Shown: positions 8,373 through 17,624 of the stretch, in pieces
Layout: each line of letters begins with the position of its first letter
Numbering within the stretch: position 1 is the first letter of the stretch
Virus record (IMG/VR): IMGVR_UViG_3300020429_000529
Coordinates: 390,762-454,761 of that record
Source: a virus
Strand: one strand, 5' to 3'
DNA length: 64,000 bases
Notes under the pieces: model-generated
Databases searched by the model: none
Told to the model about the DNA's origin: nothing
The model's input: the letters and a program-made list of their open reading frames with translations, nothing else
Translations under genes and position numbers: made by a program

Positions 8373-9380
8373 ATGGCCGACAACGGGATGCTGGTTTTTG
8401 CTGGCGAACACAGCAAAGTTTTGGGTCGTCGTATCTGCGACCATATGGGAATCGAGCTTGGTAAATCAGAGACCGAGTTCTTCCCTGATGGCGAAATCAT
8501 TGTTCGACTGAAAGAGGATGTTCGAGGTCGAGACTGCTACATCGTTGTCTCTACCTGCAATCCTGTCAATGACAACCTGATGGAGTTGTTGATCTATATC
8601 GATTGCCTGCGTCGAGCTTCGGCAAGGCAGATCGTTGCGGTCATTCCCTATTACGGCTATGGCCGACAGGATCGGAAAGACAAGGGTCGGGTTCCTATCA
8701 CGGCCAAGCTTGTTGCGAACCAGATTGTTTCAGCAGGCGCTCATCGGATACTCGCAATCGATTTCCATGCCGCTCAGATCCAGGGGTTCTTCGATATCCC
8801 TGTCGATCATCTGAGCGCAACGCCAGTATTCGTTGACTTCTTTGAAGAGCGTCGAGACGAGTGGGGAGATCTCTGCCTTGTTTCTCCTGATATCGGGAAT
8901 GTCAAGGTCGCTGAAGGTTTTGCCAACCTGCTTGATGCTGATATCGCCATCATTCACAAGAATCGCAAGAGCGCAACCAGCGTTGAGCCTCGTAAACTTG
9001 TTGGAGATGTTGAAGGCAAAACCGTACTCATGATGGATGACATGATTTCGACGGCAGGCACGATGCGTCGAGCCACGGATTTCGTCATGGAAAGAGGAGC
9101 GAAACAAGTCATCTGCGGCGCTACGCATGGACTCTTTGTTGATGGGGCAGAATCGAGACTGGCGGCAGCAGAGATCAGTCATGTTGCCGTAACGGACACG
9201 ATTCCCTATACTCCGCCGTCTTCACCTGAAGGCTCGGAGCATGCGTCTGATATACTGTGCTTCGCTGACAAGATGAACGTCCTTTCGGTCGCTCCGCTGC
9301 TCGGGGAGGCCATCATTAGAATCCATGACAGCCGCTCTGTAAGCGAACTGCTCAATAAGGGTGCTGGTCTAAAGAGATAG
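8373..9380 (+). CDS. prs: ribose-phosphate pyrophosphokinase (PRPP synthetase)
   Basis: MLVFAGEHS...GEIIVRL...YYGYGRQDRK...DLHA-like...VLMMDDMISTAGTM matches Prs over its full length. An alternative ATG lies at 8358. Confidence 0.85.
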   Translation: MADNGMLVFAGEHSKVLGRRICDHMGIELGKSETEFFPDGEIIVRLKEDVRGRDCYIVVSTCNPVNDNLMELLIYIDCLRRASARQIVAVIPYYGYGRQDRKDKGRVPITAKLVANQIVSAGAHRILAIDFHAAQIQGFFDIPVDHLSATPVFVDFFEERRDEWGDLCLVSPDIGNVKVAEGFANLLDADIAIIHKNRKSATSVEPRKLVGDVEGKTVLMMDDMISTAGTMRRATDFVMERGAKQVICGATHGLFVDGAESRLAAAEISHVAVTDTIPYTPPSSPEGSEHASDILCFADKMNVLSVAPLLGEAIIRIHDSRSVSELLNKGAGLKR

Positions 9381-9389
9381 GAGCCAGAC

Positions 9390-9773
9390 ATGTTCAGAGG
9401 ATTTTCCGCCCTTCTGCTCTTGATCGTGGCGGTCGCGGGGCTGTGCGCGTTCTCGCTGTATGCTCATGATCGAGTAAGCGAATCGCAGGTCACGCAACTG
9501 CAAGATGAAGTAGCTCAACTGCAACAACAGAACGAGCAGTTGCAGAACCAGTATACCGCCCAGGGCAAGCGGTTCGCAAGAGATCGAAACAACTGGGAGG
9601 ATACGCTCTATGTCATGTTCCCTGGTCAGGAGAACAGGCAGCGAATCCATACTCTCTTCCATGGCGAGACGGAAGAGGAAGCTAATGTCGAGGAAGGCGC
9701 GGTCGGCGACGATGGACCCGAGCCAACCGAAGTCGAAGATGAGTCCGTCGAGGCGACCAGCGAGGAGAACTGA
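9390..9773 (+). CDS. hypothetical protein, N-terminal TM, Q-rich coiled coil, acidic tail
   Basis: ORF composition. Confidence 0.5.
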   Translation: MFRGFSALLLLIVAVAGLCAFSLYAHDRVSESQVTQLQDEVAQLQQQNEQLQNQYTAQGKRFARDRNNWEDTLYVMFPGQENRQRIHTLFHGETEEEANVEEGAVGDDGPEPTEVEDESVEATSEEN

Positions 9774-9775
9774 AC

Positions 9776-10972
9776 ATGTCTCTTGCAATCCGCAAGACAA
9801 GCTGGCACTATCGCCTCCATGTCTTCATTCGATCGGCATGGGGCTGGAAGCCGTCGCCTACTGAGCGATGGAGTCTCTGCCCCTACTTTCATACAACCCT
9901 TTGGGGTTCGCTTCTGACGCTACTTGCGGTTCCCTTTGCCCTTTTGGGGTGGGTCTGCTGCAAGGCGTTGAGAACGGTCTACAAGGCTGGGGCCAAGGGA
10001 GGTCCGCTCGGCTTTGTTTCTACGATGATCGACGCGACTCCTATCGGCGGGTGGCTTGATGAGGCAGCGGACGGGTACGATGCTGCTCCTATCATCGAGA
10101 GCCTTCGTTGGTTGCTTGTCGTCCTTGGGCTTGCTGCGGGTTTTGCGGGCGTCGTTGGACTGATTGTATTCTTCCTTGGCGGCGGACTTTGGCTGATTCC
10201 TCGAATCCCTGGCGCTGTTTGGACTGCGCTTCTCTACTTTGGTTGGGGGCTCTTTGAGTTCTTCGGGATTCTCGGTTGGGCGCTAATCGGTATCGGCGAT
10301 GGCCTCGTTATCGCTGCTCAGTCTGTCTGGGGCTGGCTCGGCGATTTCGTCAACTGGCTGGGTCGGGTCTTTACTGACGGCGATCTTTGGTTGAACATCG
10401 GTATCGCTGTTCTGCGTATCGTTGCCGCTCTTGTTGGTACTGCTGGCGGCGCTGTCTTGCTCATGGTTGTCCTTGCCTCAAAGCCTGCGAGGGCGGTCTA
10501 CTCTTGGGCAGAAATTCGCGCAAACGGGTACATGGACGCCAGAGAGAAGCGGAAGAACGCGCCGCCGAAGTCTGGTATGAGCATTGGCGCTGCTGTGGCT
10601 GAAACAGCAAAGGACATCGCTGATGATGTCTGCAGGCCCCGCCATAAGCCAAGACGAGAAGGTCCGAGTCTGCTTGAGACGATCCTTCTTGGACTCAAGG
10701 CGTTCGTGCTACTTATCGCCGGATTCTTCCTTGTCATTTGGGTTGCGATCAAGTCTCTGTACGCCCGAGAAGGCTACAAGACGGAGATCATTGACGGGCA
10801 ACCTGTCAAGCGCCGTGTCGAGATCCTTGGTCCGCTTGGTGTTTTCATTAAGTTCCTTGCATCTCTCAAGAAGGGCGCATGTCCTCTCCTTGAGTTTGTC
10901 GAGGACGACGATTTGAGCGACGACGATGACGAGGCCACTGACCCGCCAGCGGGTCAACCTTCTGTCGCATGA
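9776..10972 (+). CDS. hypothetical polytopic membrane protein with acidic C-terminus
   Basis: Multiple hydrophobic helices; DDDLSDDDDE tail. Confidence 0.55.
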   Translation: MSLAIRKTSWHYRLHVFIRSAWGWKPSPTERWSLCPYFHTTLWGSLLTLLAVPFALLGWVCCKALRTVYKAGAKGGPLGFVSTMIDATPIGGWLDEAADGYDAAPIIESLRWLLVVLGLAAGFAGVVGLIVFFLGGGLWLIPRIPGAVWTALLYFGWGLFEFFGILGWALIGIGDGLVIAAQSVWGWLGDFVNWLGRVFTDGDLWLNIGIAVLRIVAALVGTAGGAVLLMVVLASKPARAVYSWAEIRANGYMDAREKRKNAPPKSGMSIGAAVAETAKDIADDVCRPRHKPRREGPSLLETILLGLKAFVLLIAGFFLVIWVAIKSLYAREGYKTEIIDGQPVKRRVEILGPLGVFIKFLASLKKGACPLLEFVEDDDLSDDDDEATDPPAGQPSVA

Positions 10973-11598
10973 ATAGTTGGCGATTACGAGCCCGGGACGC
11001 AGCAGAGGCCATCGACATTCCGTTGGAAGAATGGCATGGCAACTGTTTCGCTATCGCTGTAGCCATTCTCAAAGCAGGTTTAGTTGAGGGCGAAGCGGTT
11101 TATGGCGTCTACCAAGGGCCGATTTCCGCAGATGGCTTCTGGGCCGATAGGAGAAAACTCGCAGGTACAATAGGTGTCCATCATGGTTGGATCGATCTCC
11201 GAAACGGTCAGATCCTTGATCCAACTCGCTGGTCATTTGAAAACGTGGAACCCTACATCCATGAGACTCGTCGGGACGATGAGGAGTACGATGCGTATGG
11301 CATGCGACTCCGATCGCAGCTTCAACAGCCATGCCCTACAAAGAAGCCTTGCGACCAGATAAAGTCGCTTGATCTCTCTGAAGGGGCTCGCGCAACAGTC
11401 TGCACGCTGATGGGACGAGAGAACGAGATAGGCTCCAACGGAGATATGTCCGTTAGCCAGGTTTTCTGGCTTGCAAATCTCGATCCTCAACTTCTCGGCG
11501 AATACGCAGTGGAAATCTACAATGCGATCACAAACGCAAACTTTGGCGCTTTCATTCCAATAGATAGCGACCAGTTCGTCCGAGGAGGGAGATATTGA
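10969..11598 (+). CDS. hypothetical protein
   Basis: ORF with ATGA overlap. Confidence 0.5.
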   Translation: MNSWRLRARDAAEAIDIPLEEWHGNCFAIAVAILKAGLVEGEAVYGVYQGPISADGFWADRRKLAGTIGVHHGWIDLRNGQILDPTRWSFENVEPYIHETRRDDEEYDAYGMRLRSQLQQPCPTKKPCDQIKSLDLSEGARATVCTLMGRENEIGSNGDMSVSQVFWLANLDPQLLGEYAVEIYNAITNANFGAFIPIDSDQFVRGGRY

Positions 11599-11984
11599 GA
11601 GTAGGGAGATATACATCAGGTTTTGACAGTTTTACGCCCGATGCAGGTCAACAAGAGATGATGCATTGTCGGGCGTGTCATGCAAAGATGAATGTCGAGC
11701 GAGGCGTTGTTGGCGCTCGTTCGTATGCATCAGCGATGGCAGGCAGCAAGAGTAAGTATGACCACTTCACTTGTCCGCATGCAGGAGAGGCATGGCATAA
11801 TCAACTGATCGATTTGCTGCAGGAGCAGCGGAAGACATCGAGTCATCAGATCGCAACAATGCTCGGGTCAGAAATCACCACGGTTCGACAGAACAGGATG
11901 CCGACTCTTTCTCGTTATGTAGAGGAGCATGAGCTAAGGCAAGAACATGATCGAATGATGTCGGAGGAACACATTGAAGGATGA
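11595..11984 (+). CDS. hypothetical protein (CxxC...CPH motif)
   Basis: ORF with an overlap junction. Confidence 0.45.
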   Translation: MRVGRYTSGFDSFTPDAGQQEMMHCRACHAKMNVERGVVGARSYASAMAGSKSKYDHFTCPHAGEAWHNQLIDLLQEQRKTSSHQIATMLGSEITTVRQNRMPTLSRYVEEHELRQEHDRMMSEEHIEG

Positions 11985-12552
11985 ACAACTCGAACTTGAT
12001 TTCGCATGGGAGCGAGAACTGGTCTTGATCCGAGGTCTTCCTGGATCCGGCAAATCTACCGAGGCAAATCGTCTCGTTGGTCATTCCGATTTCCTGTCTT
12101 GGCATTCTCATCAGATCGTTGAAGCTGACCTGTTCGCTATGGTTGACGGTCAGTATCGATTTTCTGTGCCTCTGTTGCCGCTTGCTCATTCATGGTGTCT
12201 CGCAGAGGCTATTCGTCGTCTGCGGATGTTTGATCGAGTCGCTGTTGCGAACACTTTTGTCAAGTTGGAGCATGTCGTCCCGTATCTGCTTTGGGCTCGA
12301 AAGATCCGAGCAAGAGTTTGGCTTGTGGAGCCTCAGGGCAACTCTTTGACTGCTGCTGAGTTGGCCGAGCGTAACGTCCATGAAGTTCCCGAGGATCGTA
12401 TCGCAGAGATGAAGGATCAATGGGAGCCTATTTCTCAGGCGTTCGTTGATGAGTTCATTGGCTTACCTGAAGATTTGCGGGGAGGCATGGTCGAAGCTCC
12501 TGTCTCCGAGGGCGTTCCTGAATCGCTCAAGGTCAATCCGTGGGATCAATAA
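11974..12552 (+). CDS. P-loop NTPase / kinase (AAA_33 / polynucleotide-kinase-like)
   Basis: Walker A LIRGLPGSGKST close to the N-terminus, as in Pnk/zeta-type kinases. Confidence 0.55.
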   Translation: MKDEQLELDFAWERELVLIRGLPGSGKSTEANRLVGHSDFLSWHSHQIVEADLFAMVDGQYRFSVPLLPLAHSWCLAEAIRRLRMFDRVAVANTFVKLEHVVPYLLWARKIRARVWLVEPQGNSLTAAELAERNVHEVPEDRIAEMKDQWEPISQAFVDEFIGLPEDLRGGMVEAPVSEGVPESLKVNPWDQ

Positions 12553-12586
12553 ACCACTGACGGGCACGCTGCTACAATGAGGGTGA

Positions 12587-13228
12587 ATGAAGCAGTATCC
12601 GTCCATCGTGGGATCAACGCAAGCCCCTCGGAAGCCTTGTATCGCCTTCCAGAAGCTCGACGGTAGCAATCTGCGCTTCGAATGGCAGCGGAAGACTGGT
12701 TGGCAGAAAAAGTACGGCTCTCGTCAGCGTCTCTTTGATGAGACCGATGAGATGCTCGGACCTTCTATTCCCATTTTCTACGAGACTCTGGCAGATCCGA
12801 TTGAGGCAATTATCCGCGGCGATAAATGGCTTCGACAGCAACAGCGAGTCACGGTGTTCGCTGAATTCTTTGGCCCAAAATCCTTTGCAGGAAATCACGA
12901 CCTGGAGCCTGGAAACGAACCTATGGAGCTTCGGCTCTTTGATGTTTGGGTTTATAAGTACGGGTTGATTGGGCCAAGAGACTTCATCAAGACGTTCGGT
13001 CATCTGCCGACGCCCGAAGTCGTTTACGAAGGCAATCTCAATGCAGAGTTCATTGCCGATGTCAAGGCTGGTCGCTACAATCTTGGCGACGGCATCGAGG
13101 AAGGCGTTGTTTGCAAGGGAGGCAAGGGAGGTCATCGAGACCTGTGGATGGCGAAGATCAAAACTGACGCCTACATCGCGAAACTCAAGGAAGTTTTTCG
13201 GGTTGGCTGGGAACAGTACGCTGAATAG
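12587..13228 (+). CDS. ATP-dependent RNA ligase (nucleotidyltransferase, KxDG motif)
   Basis: YPSI...KLDGSN is ligase motif I, followed by EFFG and KIK-type downstream motifs. About 213 aa, the size of minimal Rnl-family ligases. Confidence 0.65.
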   Translation: MKQYPSIVGSTQAPRKPCIAFQKLDGSNLRFEWQRKTGWQKKYGSRQRLFDETDEMLGPSIPIFYETLADPIEAIIRGDKWLRQQQRVTVFAEFFGPKSFAGNHDLEPGNEPMELRLFDVWVYKYGLIGPRDFIKTFGHLPTPEVVYEGNLNAEFIADVKAGRYNLGDGIEEGVVCKGGKGGHRDLWMAKIKTDAYIAKLKEVFRVGWEQYAE

Positions 13229-13237
13229 GAGAACCTT

Positions 13238-13456
13238 ATGGCAAGGCACAATGACATCAACAACATCTTCCATTTCGGTCGCATCATTGGCGGCGGACGA
13301 GGAAGTCGAAGCAGCGGCGTAGGAAGGTCGTCTTCCAGAGACGACACTTTCTCTCCCAAGCAGAGACGAGACCCGTTCTATCGGAGTCCGTTCTGCAGCA
13401 ACAAGGACAAGAGGGGCACTTGCAACTGCGCAAGATGCAGGACAGATTGGATGTAA
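13238..13456 (+). CDS. hypothetical small Cys-containing protein
   Basis: AGGAG RBS 6 nt upstream of the ATG. Confidence 0.45.
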   Translation: MARHNDINNIFHFGRIIGGGRGSRSSGVGRSSSRDDTFSPKQRRDPFYRSPFCSNKDKRGTCNCARCRTDWM

Positions 13457-13461
13457 GAGCC

Positions 13462-13656
13462 ATGCGATTCGCATACGAGGCAACGAATAGTTCTGGTCGT
13501 ATTTTCACGGGCGTCGTCGAGGCTACCGATGAGAACAAGGCTGTTGAGCAAGTTCGATCGATCGGTTTCATCCCGATCAAGGTCAATAAGACCAAGCGCA
13601 AGGTCTCGGGCGCAACGATGAAGAAGACGATCCGAGAGTTGATCGGTATCAGGTGA
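13462..13656 (+). CDS. small protein resembling the N-terminal domain of GspF/PilC (T2SS/T4P platform protein), fragment-sized
   Basis: MRFAYEATNSSGRIFTGVVEATDENKAVEQVRSIGFIPIKV follows the PilC/GspF N-terminal pattern (F-Y-A-d-G-x-G-xEA-A-L-G-P). Confidence 0.35.
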   Translation: MRFAYEATNSSGRIFTGVVEATDENKAVEQVRSIGFIPIKVNKTKRKVSGATMKKTIRELIGIR

Positions 13657-13681
13657 CACCGATTTCTGATAAGGTGTACGC

Positions 13682-14242
13682 ATGCCTTGGAGAGTATGGA
13701 AACCGGAGTTCAGCCCCGACAAGACCTTGACAGAGGTTCTGTCAACGATGCCTCGCGATGAACCTGAAAAGGTTCCGTGGCAAATCAAACTCCTGGAAAA
13801 TCCCAAAAGCCCCTTGAGGCTGCCTGGCGCAATAAGCCTGTTCAGGCATGATTGTCTTCATGCTATGCTTTGCACTTCGTTCTACAGCGAGTGCGAGGCT
13901 TGGACTCTCGGGTATACGATGGGAGCAGCGAAGAACGTTTCTCGTTTCCATGTTTGGCTCTTCAAACGATGGTCTGCTTTTTATCCTGGTCAGTATGCTT
14001 TGACAGACAAGGATCTTGAGCATTTCGACAGAGGCTTTGAGAAGGGGCGAGAATCTCCGATTCGAGATGTCCATCTCATCCCTTTCGAGCGACCTGAATA
14101 CCAGGAAATGACCATGGGCGATCTTCGTAAACGGTTCAATCTGCATTGGATCGACGAAGATCATGAGTACCAGCAATGGGCTGCAGATCGGTGGGGCGAT
14201 AAGCCCCTGATGGAAGAAACAGAACCAGCGGAGACCTCCTAA
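13682..14242 (+). CDS. hypothetical protein
   Basis: ORF. Confidence 0.5.
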   Translation: MPWRVWKPEFSPDKTLTEVLSTMPRDEPEKVPWQIKLLENPKSPLRLPGAISLFRHDCLHAMLCTSFYSECEAWTLGYTMGAAKNVSRFHVWLFKRWSAFYPGQYALTDKDLEHFDRGFEKGRESPIRDVHLIPFERPEYQEMTMGDLRKRFNLHWIDEDHEYQQWAADRWGDKPLMEETEPAETS

Positions 14243-14664
14243 TGGGTTGCAGCTACACGGCGTACACGGTCATCGGATGTCGAGTTCCTGATAGCAGGAT
14301 GTACCGAGAGACTCAGGTCAAGGCTTTTGACCACAACTTCGGCGAGGACATGAAGTTCGATCCGCAGACGGGCAAGCCTCTGTGGAGAACCGAACGAATG
14401 CTGGTCAATGGCGATGATTATCTGGATCAGAGTGACTTCGGAGGCTTTTACGCCGTAACAGATGATCCTGAACGACCAGATTTTTACTACATCGGCGTCG
14501 GATCAGAATCAAGTCCTAAGTACGACCACGGCAACGGTCCTGCTCGTATGGACTTCCCGGTTGAAGATGAGGTCAAGGCTCGCCTCAAAGAGTACCTTGA
14601 GCCGCTCGGCCTTTGGGATGAGGCGGAGTTTGGCATCTGGACCGTCCAGTATGTAGGATGCTGA
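14242..14664 (+). CDS. hypothetical protein
   Basis: ORF with TAATG junction. Confidence 0.5.
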   Translation: MGCSYTAYTVIGCRVPDSRMYRETQVKAFDHNFGEDMKFDPQTGKPLWRTERMLVNGDDYLDQSDFGGFYAVTDDPERPDFYYIGVGSESSPKYDHGNGPARMDFPVEDEVKARLKEYLEPLGLWDEAEFGIWTVQYVGC

Positions 14665-14667
14665 CTT

Positions 14668-15183
14668 ATGACCGCAACAGGCACCATCTCGATCGTCAAG
14701 CCGAAGACTGCGCCGTCTCCTGATATCGGCGACATTCTTGATGGCGCTGATTTTCTTGCGGAACTGCTGACCGACGAGCAGGCGGATCAGATCAGAGCGC
14801 ATGATCTTTCATTGGTTCATGAGAATCATTGGATCGCTCTTGAAAGGCTTGGCATTGATGCTGCTGAGCTTATCGAGCAGGTCAAGTACGAATGCCCGTT
14901 TCGGCCTGGTACATTCTTTTTCCACATGTATCCGCTCTATATCTCTCGGCTCTATCCGTCAGAGGTTCGAGACTGGTACAAGATCATGGTCGAGACAGAG
15001 CCTCAGGATGATTCTCTCATCCGAGCGCCTTTCGCGAGCAATGTCGATCATTCGTTCATGGGGCACGGGTATTCCAAATGGATTCTTCCTCATGATGGCG
15101 GCGGCAAATGGTGCTGGGCCAAGATCAGCTTGAGCGATGGTCGTTGGCTTCTCGTTCAGTATTTCGAGTGGTACAACAAATAG
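14668..15183 (+). CDS. hypothetical protein
   Basis: ORF. Confidence 0.5.
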   Translation: MTATGTISIVKPKTAPSPDIGDILDGADFLAELLTDEQADQIRAHDLSLVHENHWIALERLGIDAAELIEQVKYECPFRPGTFFFHMYPLYISRLYPSEVRDWYKIMVETEPQDDSLIRAPFASNVDHSFMGHGYSKWILPHDGGGKWCWAKISLSDGRWLLVQYFEWYNK

Positions 15184-15191
15184 GAGTCGCC

Positions 15192-15674
15192 ATGTCTGAT
15201 ACAGGTCATAACAAGAAATGCCCCTGCTCGATATGCGACATGGAGAAACAGGGCGTAGATCGCGCTGATGCTATCGCTGCCGTTGAAGCTCAGCGGCGAG
15301 ATATGATGAGCAAGTACGGCTGGTATGTTCAGGCTGTTGTCGTTGACGATGATGAATCGCCAACCGGGTACAATGTTCATACGCACGGCTGTGACGAATC
15401 TTGGGGACATCCTGATTTTCAGGTTGTTTTGCCGATCGATCCGAAGATCGCCCATTCGATTATCGCCAATCTTGTCGAGAGGGTCAAGGAAGGCGAAAAG
15501 TTCGCTCACGGAGATCGGGTCGAAAACATTATTGGCAACGATCTTGAAGTCATGCTCGTTGAGGCAACCGAAAATAGGCGAACCGTTCTTCGCATCATTC
15601 TGCCTGATGCAGATGGCGTACTGCCTCCGACGACAGAAACATACGCAAGTCAACTTGAAGGAACAGCCGCCTAA
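15192..15674 (+). CDS. DUF4262 family protein
   Basis: YGWYVQAV...YNVHTHGCDESWGHPDFQVVLPIDPK follows the DUF4262 pattern (YTxGL...HPELxv). AGGAG RBS. Confidence 0.5.
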   Translation: MSDTGHNKKCPCSICDMEKQGVDRADAIAAVEAQRRDMMSKYGWYVQAVVVDDDESPTGYNVHTHGCDESWGHPDFQVVLPIDPKIAHSIIANLVERVKEGEKFAHGDRVENIIGNDLEVMLVEATENRRTVLRIILPDADGVLPPTTETYASQLEGTAA

Positions 15675-15699
15675 GTAGGGCGAGAATAACGGAGAAATA

Positions 15700-16035
15700 A
15701 TGAGCAACGCGCAAGACCTGACTTCTGAAACCCTTCCCGCAGCTATTGCTTCTGGCGTGGCTCTGGTTGACTTCTGGGCTACATGGTGCCCTCCATGTAA
15801 GATGCTGAGTCCCATCGTCGATGCGGTCGCTGCTGAGTTCGATGGAAACGACGGCGTAACCATCGCTAAGGTTGATGCTGATGCAGAGGCATCGCTTGTC
15901 AGCCAATACAGTGTTTCGGCTCTGCCGACCATTCTGATCTTCAAGGATGGGCAGATCGTTGAGCGTTTTGTTGGCCTCAGAGACCAGCAGTCTCTTGTTG
16001 ATGCTGTGAATAAGGCGTTGGGAGAATCTGATTGA
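15700..16035 (+). CDS. thioredoxin
   Basis: WATWCPPCKMLSPI active site (CPPC variant) within a Trx-fold-length protein. Confidence 0.8.
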   Translation: MSNAQDLTSETLPAAIASGVALVDFWATWCPPCKMLSPIVDAVAAEFDGNDGVTIAKVDADAEASLVSQYSVSALPTILIFKDGQIVERFVGLRDQQSLVDAVNKALGESD

Positions 16036-17015
16036 GTACGCCAAAGAGAGCGCATCTTCTTGTTGGGATGCAAGGCTCTGGTAAAAGCACCGTTGCAAAG
16101 GTCTTTGAGGGCGGCGGCTGGAAGGTTCTCAACAGAGACTCTATTGGCGGACGGTTGCCCGACCTGATTCCGCATATGGTCAGGATCCTTAAATCTGGCG
16201 AGGGCGTTGTTCTTGATAACACCTTCGTCAACAGAGAGGCAAGAGCCCCGTTTATCAAGGCAGCGAAAGAAGCAGGAGCAGAGGTCGTTTGCTCTGTTAT
16301 GCAGGCAACGATCGAAGAATGCCAATGGGCTGTTTGCCGTCGCATGATGGAGAAGTACGGCAGACTGTTGATGCCCGAAGATTTCAAGAATCTCAAGAAA
16401 GACCCGAGCGTCTTTCCTCCGATTGTCCAATACACCTTCCGAAACAACTACGAAGAGCCCGCGATCGATGAGGGCTTTGACCATATTGACTCTTGGCCCT
16501 TCTCAAGAGAAGTGCCTTGGGATTTCGAAGGCAAGGCATTGATCCTTGATTACGATGGGACTCTTCGGGTTACTAAGTCAGGCGCGAAATGGCCGACAAA
16601 CCCGGATGATGTTGAGATCATGGAGAATCGAGCAGAGGTTCTTCGTCGTTATCAGGATGAAGGATACCTGCTTCTTGGCGCAAGCAATCAGAGCGGAGTC
16701 TCTAAAGACAACCCCTCTCTTGATGTTTGTCAGAAATGCTTCGATCGGACCAATGAGCTTCTCGGTCTTGATATCGAAGTCTCGTTCTGTCCTCATAGGG
16801 CTGGCGTTCCTCAGTGCTATTGCCGGAAGCCTATGCCTGGTATGGGCGTCGAGATGGTATTCAAGCACAAGCTTGACCCGAAGAAATGCATCATGGTTGG
16901 AGACGCAAAGACCGACAAAACTTTCGCGGATCGTAATGGATTTCAGTTCCAATACGCAGATAAGTTCTTTGCATCGTCGGCCACTGACAGAAGCGACAGG
17001 ACAGTAAGCGTATGA
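16032..17015 (+). CDS. polynucleotide kinase-phosphatase (T4 Pnk-like: N-terminal P-loop 5'-kinase plus C-terminal HAD 3'-phosphatase)
   Basis: LVGMQGSGKST Walker A, then ILDYDGTL (DxDGT HAD motif I) and the downstream MVGDAKTD HAD motif. Confidence 0.8.
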   Translation: MSTPKRAHLLVGMQGSGKSTVAKVFEGGGWKVLNRDSIGGRLPDLIPHMVRILKSGEGVVLDNTFVNREARAPFIKAAKEAGAEVVCSVMQATIEECQWAVCRRMMEKYGRLLMPEDFKNLKKDPSVFPPIVQYTFRNNYEEPAIDEGFDHIDSWPFSREVPWDFEGKALILDYDGTLRVTKSGAKWPTNPDDVEIMENRAEVLRRYQDEGYLLLGASNQSGVSKDNPSLDVCQKCFDRTNELLGLDIEVSFCPHRAGVPQCYCRKPMPGMGVEMVFKHKLDPKKCIMVGDAKTDKTFADRNGFQFQYADKFFASSATDRSDRTVSV

Positions 17016-17320
17016 GTTTCAAGCGACCTTCTATATCGAGCGGAGCCCTTGAGCAGACTCTTGATGATCTCCGCAAGGCGATTCATCGAGCGATCGAAAA
17101 GCATGGCGATGGCGCTTGCGTCTCTCTTCACGAAGTTCGTGGAATGATCGAAGAAGAACGAGACGAGTTCGCGGAAGAGGTTCACAAGAACAACATTCCG
17201 GGAGCCAGGTCAGAGGCTCTTGATATTGCCATTGCTGCTGTTTGGGGCGCTGCCAGTATCAAGGACGGTCACATTACGGAAGAATGGATGCCAGATGAAC
17301 GAAAGCTGTCAACAGCCTGA
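17012..17320 (+). CDS. hypothetical protein (weak MazG-like helical pattern)
   Basis: ORF with ATGA junction; EExxEFxEE motifs. Confidence 0.4.
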   Translation: MSFKRPSISSGALEQTLDDLRKAIHRAIEKHGDGACVSLHEVRGMIEEERDEFAEEVHKNNIPGARSEALDIAIAAVWGAASIKDGHITEEWMPDERKLSTA

Positions 17321-17624
17321 CCTGAGCAAGCTCAAGTACGATTGGAAGTGGTTCCCCGAGCATCAGACTTGGGAGATCCGACTGCGAATCAAGCACGGCC
17401 ACCGAGATGGAGAGTGGCATGTCTGGTTTCAGCAGCGCCCGTACTACTGCGATCGAGGCCGCTTCCATTGCAACGTTGATGGAGTTGGCACCGAGGGACC
17501 AGACCATCAGGAAGGATTCCCTCGTTACTACTTCTCGTTGCAGCGAGGCATGGAAGAGATCGAGGAGTGGATCGATATCCGTCAGGAAGTCATCGAGAAG
17601 GAGGCATTGGAGGCCAAAAGATGA
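17295..17624 (+). CDS. hypothetical protein
   Basis: ORF; start chosen at the internal ATG after the upstream stop. Confidence 0.4.
   Translation: MNESCQQPDLSKLKYDWKWFPEHQTWEIRLRIKHGHRDGEWHVWFQQRPYYCDRGRFHCNVDGVGTEGPDHQEGFPRYYFSLQRGMEEIEEWIDIRQEVIEKEALEAKR

Noticed and set aside
12614-13483. 289-aa minus-strand ORF
   Set aside because: Antisense to the RNA ligase (KLDGSN) gene; low-complexity product.
15156-16484. 442-aa minus-strand ORF
   Set aside because: Antisense to the DUF4262, thioredoxin (CPPC) and Pnkp genes, which all carry clear motifs on the + strand.
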